Both the position numbers and the translations under genes were made by a program. This document shows positions 16,934-24,274 of a stretch of 25,265 bases of DNA, one piece after another. The stretch's first letter is position 1. Every line of letters begins with the position of its first letter. This DNA comes from Parcubacteria group bacterium CG_4_9_14_0_2_um_filter_35_11 (lineage in GTDB: Bacteria; Patescibacteriota; Minisyncoccia; Minisyncoccales; GCA-002788555), in contig PFRL01000055.1 in the NCBI GenBank assembly GCA_002788555.1, positions 1 through 25,265 on the forward strand, given 5' to 3'. The notes under the pieces are model-generated. The model did not search any database. It was not told the DNA's origin and was given only the letters and a program-made list of their open reading frames with translations.

Positions 16934-17794
16934 TTATATAATAGGGCGACAGGCAGCAATTAAAGTACCGGGACCAGAATTCGCTCCTACTATAGGAGGA
17001 GCTAGAGAAACAAAAGCAACTTCTGCTTTTAATTCTCTTTCTATTTTTTCTTTTAAACTATAAGCTAACCCAATATTATTAGTGTAATTTATTCCAACCT
17101 TCATGTTAGTTTTATAATATCTTCTAATTTTCTGAGAATGACATTGAAGTTGACGAAAAATAGCCTTAAAAACATCCCCACTTCCAAAATTAAATCCAGC
17201 GAACCCCACTACTCCTTTTTTGATTCCAACAATAGGCTGAATACCCAGGCTCTTTAATGTTTGGAAAAGCCAAGCCTGTTTTTGACTCATTCTTCCTATT
17301 TTTTCTACCCAAAAAGTATTTTTTAAAAAAGCGACCATTTTAATTTCTCGCTTTAGACTTTCGAGTCTCCTTTTGATTTCTTTTATCTCTTGATGTCCCT
17401 TAATTAATTCTAATGCTTTTAAAACAAAAAGACCTTCGCTGGCTGCCGCATGTCCCGAATCGATTAATTCTATCTTTAAAGAATCCGACATAAACCCTTT
17501 GGCTTGAAATGCCGAATTGTAGGTACCGGATAAGCGACTACTTAAAGTGATAACGACAACTTTCTGAAATCCCTCTAATAATCTTTTGTATGCTTTAATA
17601 AAGTCCCCTGGCGATGGGGCTGAGGTTTTAGGATGGGCTTTAGTTTCTTCCATTATCTGATAAAGGTTTTTCTCTGGAAATTTCTCTGCTTCTGCGAAAA
17701 AGAGTTTTGTCTTGACTATTTCTATTTGATATTCTCTGATGATTTTTTCTGGTAGAGAACAAATATCATCTACAACGATGCCAATATTATCCAT
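16934..17794 (-). CDS. DegV/FakB family fatty-acid-binding protein (copy 3)
   Basis: KTSAPS, SSRLSGTYNSA, IDS, GRM and VGANSGPG motifs. Confidence 0.9.
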   Translation of the reverse strand: MDNIGIVVDDICSLPEKIIREYQIEIVKTKLFFAEAEKFPEKNLYQIMEETKAHPKTSAPSPGDFIKAYKRLLEGFQKVVVITLSSRLSGTYNSAFQAKGFMSDSLKIELIDSGHAAASEGLFVLKALELIKGHQEIKEIKRRLESLKREIKMVAFLKNTFWVEKIGRMSQKQAWLFQTLKSLGIQPIVGIKKGVVGFAGFNFGSGDVFKAIFRQLQCHSQKIRRYYKTNMKVGINYTNNIGLAYSLKEKIERELKAEVAFVSLAPPIVGANSGPGTLIAACRPII

Positions 17795-17827
17795 GAAAAA
17801 AATATAAATTTAAGAATGGAATTAGTC

Positions 17828-19375
17828 TTAGAGAGGAATATTGCCGTGCTTTCGTAGAATCTTTTCTTCTTTTTTATCTAAAAGTGATTCCAGACATTTG
17901 GTCAAAACGCTGGTTGTGTCTTTTGGATTAATTATCATATCCACCTGCCCAAGTTTTGCTGCCTGATAAGGGTTTAGAAAAAATTCTTCCAGCTCTTTTA
18001 TTTTTTCTTTCTCCATCCTCTTAGGATCTTTGCTTTCAGCTAATTCTTTTTTGCAGATTATTTTTACCGCTTGAGCAGGTCCCATCACGGCAATCTGAGC
18101 GGACACCCAAGAAATAACTTTATCATAGCCAAGGTAGCGTGAAGCAAGAGCAATATAAGCTCCTCCAAAAGCTTTCCTTAAAATTAGGCTAAGTTTGGGT
18201 ACAGTAGCTTCGGAAAAAGCGTATAAAACTTTTGCTCCATGGCGGATTATTCCTTGGTGTTCCTGGTCAGCTCCGGGAAGATAGCCAGGAGTATCTACTA
18301 AATTAATTAAGGGAATATTGAAGGCGTCACAGAATCTAACAAAACGAGCAACTTTATCAGAGGAGTTAATATCAAGAGTCCCTGCCATAAACTTCGTCTG
18401 ATTGGCAACAATACCTACCACATTCCCAGCCAGTCTTACAAATCCAACTACCACACTGGGAGCAAAACCAGGCTGGATTTCTAAAAAGGAATTTCTATCA
18501 AATATTTCAAAAATAACTTCTCTCATATCATAACCTTTCTCTTCCTCTTCCGGGACTATTTTTAAGAGAGCGTAATTTTCTTTCTCGAAGAATTCCGAAA
18601 AAATACTTTTTTGCCTGGGAGGGTCTTCAAGATTGTTTTGAGGAAGATAAGATAAAAGTTTTTTAACACCGTTAAAACAATCTTCTTCGTTGTTAAAAAC
18701 GAGATGACAACAGCCACTTTTGACACTGTGAACAGCAGCACCTCCTAATTTATCAAAAGATATTTCTTCGCCAGTTACCGATTTAATTACTTCGGGTCCG
18801 GTAATATACATTTGAGAAATACCATTAACCATAAAAACAAAGTCTGAAAGCCCGGGAGCGTATGAAGCTCCTCCCGCTGATGGTCCGACAACCACACTGA
18901 TTTGAGGGATAACGCCTGAGGCTTTAATCATAGAGTTAAAAATAGCCGCATAGCTATCCAGGCTTGAAATTCCTTCTTGGATTCTTGCTCCACCACTATC
19001 GATTATCCCGATAATGGGCGAACCTGTTTTCCTTGCCAACTCGATGACCTTGACGATTTTTTTGCCGTGCATTTCTCCTAACGATCCTCCCATTTTTGCA
19101 AAATCCTGAGAATAAACATAAACTTGACGATTATTTATCTTCCCAAAACCACTAACTACCGCATCTCCCGGGACTCTTTTTCGGTCCATACCAAACCTTG
19201 AAAAACGACTTTCTACAAAAAGATCTAATTCTACAAAAGTTTCCGGATCAAAGAGCAAGTTAATCCTTTCCCTGGCAGAGAGTTTTCCTTTTTTATGCTG
19301 TTTTTCAGCAAATTCGGGATTTTCCAGCTCAGAATTTTTTTCACTTAGTTTTGCTATCTCTTTTTTGAAATTCAT
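17828..19375 (-). CDS. Acyl-CoA carboxylase carboxyltransferase (single-chain PccB/MmdA type)
   Basis: GKL.ARERI..LFD, QDF...GGSLG, DSGGARIQEG, GPSAGG..Y, DTPGYLPG..QE..GIIRHGAK and KHGNIPL. Confidence 0.95.
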   Translation of the reverse strand: MNFKKEIAKLSEKNSELENPEFAEKQHKKGKLSARERINLLFDPETFVELDLFVESRFSRFGMDRKRVPGDAVVSGFGKINNRQVYVYSQDFAKMGGSLGEMHGKKIVKVIELARKTGSPIIGIIDSGGARIQEGISSLDSYAAIFNSMIKASGVIPQISVVVGPSAGGASYAPGLSDFVFMVNGISQMYITGPEVIKSVTGEEISFDKLGGAAVHSVKSGCCHLVFNNEEDCFNGVKKLLSYLPQNNLEDPPRQKSIFSEFFEKENYALLKIVPEEEEKGYDMREVIFEIFDRNSFLEIQPGFAPSVVVGFVRLAGNVVGIVANQTKFMAGTLDINSSDKVARFVRFCDAFNIPLINLVDTPGYLPGADQEHQGIIRHGAKVLYAFSEATVPKLSLILRKAFGGAYIALASRYLGYDKVISWVSAQIAVMGPAQAVKIICKKELAESKDPKRMEKEKIKELEEFFLNPYQAAKLGQVDMIINPKDTTSVLTKCLESLLDKKEEKILRKHGNIPL

Positions 19376-19385
19376 AGTGGTTTTT

Positions 19386-19413
19386 CCCCACTACCAATGT
19401 ATTGGTGTGGGGG
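19386..19413. repeat. Intergenic hairpin CCCCAC-T-ACCAAT-GT-ATTGGT-GTGGGG
   Basis: Near-perfect inverted repeat filling the gap between birA and the carboxyltransferase gene. Confidence 0.6.
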
Positions 19414-19414
19414 T

Positions 19415-20161
19415 TTAGGTAAGCTCGAGGCTTCCTTCTAAAATTTTAATTATTTTATCTTCCTTTAATTTAATCATAATAGCTCCATCTTTGTCAAAAT
19501 CCAAGACCGTTCCAGGAACTTTTTTATTTTGGACGACTGCCCTAATCTTCCGTCCTATTAAAATTTCATATTTTTTATATTCCTTCAAAATTTCTCTATT
19601 GTTCTTTTTCAAAAACTCTCTAAATAACTTAAGAAATAAACTTAGAATCTCTTTATTATCTACATTTTTGCCCTGTTCTTTTACAACGGAGGTGGCTTCT
19701 GGAGATAAATATTTAGGAAAACTTTTTATATTGGTATTAATCCCCACTCCTGCTATTGAAGTTCGAGATTTTTCCCCGACTATATTTTCTACTAAAATCC
19801 CAGCGACTTTTTTAAAAGCGGGCTTTTTTTGAAAATAGGAAGGGGCTAAAATATCATTTGGCCATTTAATTACTGCTTTAAGACTAGATTTTTCTCTTAT
19901 TGTTTTAACTACTGCTATTGCTGTAACAAAAGGCAAAAGTTGAAGTTTTTTGACCGAGATTTTTGGCAAAATTAAGGAAAAATACAAGCCTCCTGCTGGA
20001 GAGAACCAAAATCTTTTTCCTTTTCCGTAGCCTTTGCTTTGAGAGTTGGCTAAGACCACTGTCCAGCCGTGCAAATTATTTTTAGCTATTTCTTTTGCTT
20101 TAAGGTTGGTGGAGCCAATCTTGGGATAAAATAAAAAACAAATTTGATTAGAATTTCGCAT
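19415..20161 (-). CDS. birA: Biotin-protein ligase (class I, no HTH)
   Basis: STN, V.A..Q..G.G, W.SP.GGLYFS, KWPND, KVAGIL.E, GVGIN and a C-terminal SH3-like domain. Confidence 0.9.
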   Translation of the reverse strand: MRNSNQICFLFYPKIGSTNLKAKEIAKNNLHGWTVVLANSQSKGYGKGKRFWFSPAGGLYFSLILPKISVKKLQLLPFVTAIAVVKTIREKSSLKAVIKWPNDILAPSYFQKKPAFKKVAGILVENIVGEKSRTSIAGVGINTNIKSFPKYLSPEATSVVKEQGKNVDNKEILSLFLKLFREFLKKNNREILKEYKKYEILIGRKIRAVVQNKKVPGTVLDFDKDGAIMIKLKEDKIIKILEGSLELT

Positions 20162-20190
20162 ATAAAGGGTTGACGAAATTTTTCATAAAA

Positions 20191-20607
20191 TCATTCAAGG
20201 ATTATTAATTTCTCGCCACTATTTACAAATTGTTTTTCTTTGACTTCGATTTCTTTTACTCTCCCGTAACTTTCGGAGATAATTTCGTTTTCCATCTTCA
20301 TTGCCACCAAAGTAATGACTGGCTGACCAATCCTTATTGTCTCACCATCTTTGACATGAATTTTTGAAACAATACCAGCAATGGGAGTTTTAATTTCTTT
20401 TTCTTGGGGAAGATTAGGTACTACTTCACTTTTTCTAATACTTTCAAGCGAAGGATAATCTTTCCTTTCGATAAGGACCAACCTGTCAAATTCATCTTTA
20501 CTAAAAAAATAATCTTCATTTTCTACTCTTACTTTGAGAAGATTCTCTTTAATTTCAGAAATTTCAATGTTATAGGATTTATCTTTTAAGAAAATTTTAG
20601 TTTTCAT
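20191..20607 (-). CDS. accB: Biotin carboxyl carrier protein
   Basis: IK.PI.G.V...V..G..I..GQ....L.AMKMENEI biotinylation motif. Confidence 0.9.
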   Translation of the reverse strand: MKTKIFLKDKSYNIEISEIKENLLKVRVENEDYFFSKDEFDRLVLIERKDYPSLESIRKSEVVPNLPQEKEIKTPIAGIVSKIHVKDGETIRIGQPVITLVAMKMENEIISESYGRVKEIEVKEKQFVNSGEKLIILE

Positions 20608-20625
20608 AACTTCCAGCTAAATCTT

Positions 20626-22182
20626 TTAACGAAAGTTTTCTTCTTCTAAAAATTTCTGCCGGTTAATTATCTTCCACTTATTAATTCTATTCTCCTTTCT
20701 ATTAGTTTCTTGAATCTCTTGGAAAAAATGGGCAACTATTAGAGCTATTTCTTTTTTTGTTATCTTTTCGGGAGTTTCTTTAAAAGTAACTTCTTTTTTA
20801 ATCTTGGCTTTAGCTTCTCTAACCTTTTCTATAATATTATTTTCTTGAATAAACGAGGTAGAAAGATTCCCTTCAATGAAATTTTTATTTTGAAGAACAA
20901 TTTTAAAAAAAGGTATTAAAGTAGGGATGCCTTCGATAATGAATTCGTCAAAAGCTCTCCGGGCCCTTGAGATAACTGACTGACGATCTTTATCAAAGAT
21001 AATAAGTTTTGCTATCAAACTATCAAAATAAGGAAATATTCTCTGGCCAACATGACAGAAACTATGAATTTCTATCCCTTTTCCTCCGGGAGGTAGATAG
21101 TGAGTGACAGTTCCAGTCCGAGGGCCAAAATCCTCAGTAGCTTCTTCGGCGCAAATTCTAAATTCCATTGCCCAATTCGACATTTTAATCTTTCTTTGCT
21201 TTAAATCCAATTTTTCACCTTGGGCAATCTTAATTTGCTCCTTAACTAAATCAATTCCTGCTACTAGCTCAGTGACAGGGTGCTCAACTTGTAACCTTGG
21301 GTTAACTTCGATAAAGTAGAAATTCTTTTTACTATCAACTAAAAACTCGACTGTTCCTAAACTCTCATAATTGAAGTATTCTCCAATTTTAACAGCGAAT
21401 TTCCCCATTTTCTTTCTTAATTTTTTGTCCAGAAAAGGCGAGGGAGCTTCTTCAATTAGTTTTTGAAAACGACGCTGGACTGAACATTCTCTTTCTCCAA
21501 GATGCAATACCTTTCCTTTACCGTCACCGACAATTTGGAATTCGATGTGACGAGGCTTTTCTAAACACTTTTCAAAAAAAACCATATCGCTCCCGAAAGC
21601 AGTTTTTGCCATTCTTTTTATCCTTTGAAAATTCATTAATAATTTTTCTTGGTCTCTATCTTTTATAACGGCAATACCTATTCCTCCTCCGCCATCGGCT
21701 GCCTTTAATAAGAAGGGTATGTCCGTTTTTTTAGCTATTTTCAGACATTCTATTTCGTTCTGAATAGGTCTTGGAGTACCATTTAATAATGGACAGCCAA
21801 TTTTTTGAGCAATTTTCCTTGCCTCAAGTTTATTACCTAATTTCCTCAAAGTTTCTCCCTTGGGACCAATAAATTTAATATCATTTTTTTCGCAAAAATC
21901 AGCAAAATCTCCATTTTCAGCCAAAAATCCATATCCCGGGTGAATGGCATCAACATCAGCTTCCTTGGCAATTTCAATCAGTTTTCTTTGGTCCAAATAC
22001 CCTAAAATTCCTTCTTCTTCCAAATAATAAAACTCATCAGCTAATTTCGTTTCCAAAAAGTGCTCTTCTTGACCTTTCTGGGGACAAAGAGCCACTGTTT
22101 TAATTCCCATCTCTTTGCAGGCTCGAATAATCCTTAAAGCTATTTCTCCTCTATTAGCAATGAGAATCTTTTTAATCTCCAT
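20626..22182 (-). CDS. accC: Biotin carboxylase
   Basis: KILIANRGEIALR, IHPGYGFLAEN, KA..GGGG.G, RHIE.Q, ERECSVQRR.QKLIEEAPSP and E.NPRLQVEHPVTE. Confidence 0.97.
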   Translation of the reverse strand: MEIKKILIANRGEIALRIIRACKEMGIKTVALCPQKGQEEHFLETKLADEFYYLEEEGILGYLDQRKLIEIAKEADVDAIHPGYGFLAENGDFADFCEKNDIKFIGPKGETLRKLGNKLEARKIAQKIGCPLLNGTPRPIQNEIECLKIAKKTDIPFLLKAADGGGGIGIAVIKDRDQEKLLMNFQRIKRMAKTAFGSDMVFFEKCLEKPRHIEFQIVGDGKGKVLHLGERECSVQRRFQKLIEEAPSPFLDKKLRKKMGKFAVKIGEYFNYESLGTVEFLVDSKKNFYFIEVNPRLQVEHPVTELVAGIDLVKEQIKIAQGEKLDLKQRKIKMSNWAMEFRICAEEATEDFGPRTGTVTHYLPPGGKGIEIHSFCHVGQRIFPYFDSLIAKLIIFDKDRQSVISRARRAFDEFIIEGIPTLIPFFKIVLQNKNFIEGNLSTSFIQENNIIEKVREAKAKIKKEVTFKETPEKITKKEIALIVAHFFQEIQETNRKENRINKWKIINRQKFLEEENFR

Positions 22183-22195
22183 AGAGAGTATTATT

Positions 22196-22846
22196 TTAAT
22201 GAAAATAGGGATAACCTTTACCGCAGAGCGGAGAGAGCGCCGTCATAACTTTATCAGTAACTTTTCTCAAAATCTGCTCATATTCTCTTTTGGGAAAAGT
22301 AGAGATATCCCCTTCCTCTATAATATCAGAAAAATAAATGGGCTTGCCTATTCTTATAATTCTTTTAAGACTTTTATCTTTGTTCAAAACTCCAACGGGG
22401 ACGACGGGCACTTCTGTCTTTATCGCTAATTCTGCCACTCCCGTCTTTCCCTTTTTTAGAGTTTCACTTCTATTAGTACCTCCTTCTGGATAAATAACAA
22501 TAATTTTACCTTTTTTTAAATATTGAATGACTTTTTTTAAAACTTCTCTCCTGTTTTTGCTTTTTCTATTTACGGTGATAGTTTCAGTAAAAAAATAAAG
22601 CGGACCAAAAAAGAGGGGGTGATAAGGCGTCTCCATCTTACCAATAAAATGAACTTTCTCAAATTGACTTTTAAAAGGAATGGCAATAAAAAAATGGTCG
22701 AAATAACTCTGGTGATTAGCAGCAATGATGAAGTTTTTACCGTGAAGAATATTTTCTTCTCCTTCGATCTTTTCAATAAAAAATTTTTCGATAATGGGAG
22801 CGAGGATATATCTTGCCAAAATGGAAAAACTTTTTTTCATAAACAA
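22196..22846 (-). CDS. plsC: 1-acyl-sn-glycerol-3-phosphate acyltransferase (PlsC family)
   Basis: NHQSYFD (HxxxxD), FIGK, IYPEGG and GVA.LA......VP. Start may be the second Met (22840). Confidence 0.88.
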   Translation of the reverse strand: MFMKKSFSILARYILAPIIEKFFIEKIEGEENILHGKNFIIAANHQSYFDHFFIAIPFKSQFEKVHFIGKMETPYHPLFFGPLYFFTETITVNRKSKNRREVLKKVIQYLKKGKIIVIYPEGGTNRSETLKKGKTGVAELAIKTEVPVVPVGVLNKDKSLKRIIRIGKPIYFSDIIEEGDISTFPKREYEQILRKVTDKVMTALSPLCGKGYPYFH

Positions 22847-22854
22847 GTTACCAC

Positions 22855-23796
22855 TTAATCGAGCTCCGCCATTGCCCCCTGAAGAATTTCTTTTGTTTCT
22901 TTCATAATCTCTTCAACTACCTCTTGGCAACTTTTAATTTCAGAGATTCCGGCTGCCGAGATACCAGCCAAAAGAGGAATATTTTCCACGTTTTCTCCGC
23001 CAATTGAACCAGCAATTTTTTCGGCTTTTAATTCTTCTGGAAAGGCTCCTTTTTCTTCTAGTTTTTTCCAGTTTTCTGATAATTTATTTTTTATTAATCG
23101 GATTGGGTGACCGGTAAATTTCAAGACTACTTCAATGTCATCGGCCGTAGATTCCCTGATTCTTTTTTTGTAGGCTTTTGAGACAATAGCTTCAGTTGTT
23201 GCCAAAAATCTTGTCCCCATCTGAATTCCGTCAGCCCCTAACAAAAATGCGGCGGCAACAGTTCTACCATCGTAAATACCACCGGCTGCAATTAAGGGGG
23301 TTTTCTTTAATAATTTTTTTGCTTGAGGAATTAAACAAAAGGTGGTATTTTGGCCAATATGGCCTCCCGATTCTAGCCCTTCGACTACTACCGCGTCAGC
23401 ACCATTTTGTTCCATTTTTTTAGCTAATCGAGGAGAAGGAACGACTGGAATAATTTTAATTCCAGCGGCCTGAAAATAAGGAAACAAAGGTAAAGGATTG
23501 CCGCCTCCGGTAAAAACGATTGGCGCCTGGCAACGAATAACTACCTTTACTAATTCTTCCATCTTAGGATTTTGTAAAAATAAGTTAACAGCGAAAGGAT
23601 TTTTTGTTAATCCCCTCGTTTTTTTAATTTGGCCTTCTAACCATTGAGCCGACATTAATCCTGAACCAATTGTACCCAAACCCCCACTATTAGAAACCGC
23701 TGAAACTAAATTAGATTCGGAAATCCCGGCCATTCCTCCTTGGATAATTGGGTATTTTATCCCCAAGAGTTTTACCAAAGAATTATTTTCGAACAT
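22855..23796 (-). CDS. fabK: FMN-dependent enoyl-ACP reductase II (FabK / nitronate monooxygenase family)
   Basis: YPIIQGGM, VS..GGLG.IG, EG.ESGGH, IAAGGI.DG and QMGTRF. FabK is preferred because it is overlap-coupled to fabZ. Confidence 0.78.
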   Translation of the reverse strand: MFENNSLVKLLGIKYPIIQGGMAGISESNLVSAVSNSGGLGTIGSGLMSAQWLEGQIKKTRGLTKNPFAVNLFLQNPKMEELVKVVIRCQAPIVFTGGGNPLPLFPYFQAAGIKIIPVVPSPRLAKKMEQNGADAVVVEGLESGGHIGQNTTFCLIPQAKKLLKKTPLIAAGGIYDGRTVAAAFLLGADGIQMGTRFLATTEAIVSKAYKKRIRESTADDIEVVLKFTGHPIRLIKNKLSENWKKLEEKGAFPEELKAEKIAGSIGGENVENIPLLAGISAAGISEIKSCQEVVEEIMKETKEILQGAMAELD

Positions 23797-24268
23797 ATTT
23801 CTTATTAAATTCTTCTTTTTTGACCGTTGCCACAGAAAATCTTGCCTCGCATTTTAACTCTTCTCCAACAAAAGCCTGACCTTTGATGTGGGAAATTTTA
23901 AAAGTAAAAGATCCGGGAGGCATACCATAGATGCCTAAGATTACATCTTTTAAAATAATTTTATCACCTGGGAAAATTGGCTGCGAAAATTGAACTCCTC
24001 TTACGTCATAAGCCAGAAAATGATAATTTTTGTGGTCTTTCCCTAATTTTTCTCTTAAAAATATAGTAGAGAGTTGACCTAAAGCTTCTATTACCAGGAC
24101 TCCTGGCATTATCGGAAAATCAACAAAATGACCTTTAAAATAATAATCGTTTTTAGAGGTTTGATAAAAGCCCGCAATTTTATTTCCGCTAATCTCCTCA
24201 ACCCCATCAACAAATAAAAATGGCTCGTCGTAAGGGATAATCTTTTTAACTTCTTCTTTAGATAACAT
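23783..24268 (-). CDS. fabZ: 3-hydroxyacyl-ACP dehydratase (FabZ-like hot-dog fold)
   Basis: IP...PFLFVD, F.GHF...PIMPGVL.IEA..Q with the catalytic His and Glu retained, and F...I.PGD. Confidence 0.85.
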   Translation of the reverse strand: MLSKEEVKKIIPYDEPFLFVDGVEEISGNKIAGFYQTSKNDYYFKGHFVDFPIMPGVLVIEALGQLSTIFLREKLGKDHKNYHFLAYDVRGVQFSQPIFPGDKIILKDVILGIYGMPPGSFTFKISHIKGQAFVGEELKCEARFSVATVKKEEFNKKYVRK

Positions 24269-24274
24269 AAGCTA

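Noticed and set aside
20170-20191. TTGACG...TAAAAT promoter-like pair between accB and birA
   Set aside because: Wrong strand for the genes and only a 10-nt spacer.
2278-23423. Remaining short track ORFs nested in or antisense to the long minus-strand genes (for example 4597-4791, 5534-5728, 6550-6759, 13539-13766, 19491-19832, 22115-22429, 22570-22776)
   Set aside because: They overlap well-supported genes almost entirely and have no motifs. The similar antisense ORFs in the two DegV genes merely reflect their paralogy.
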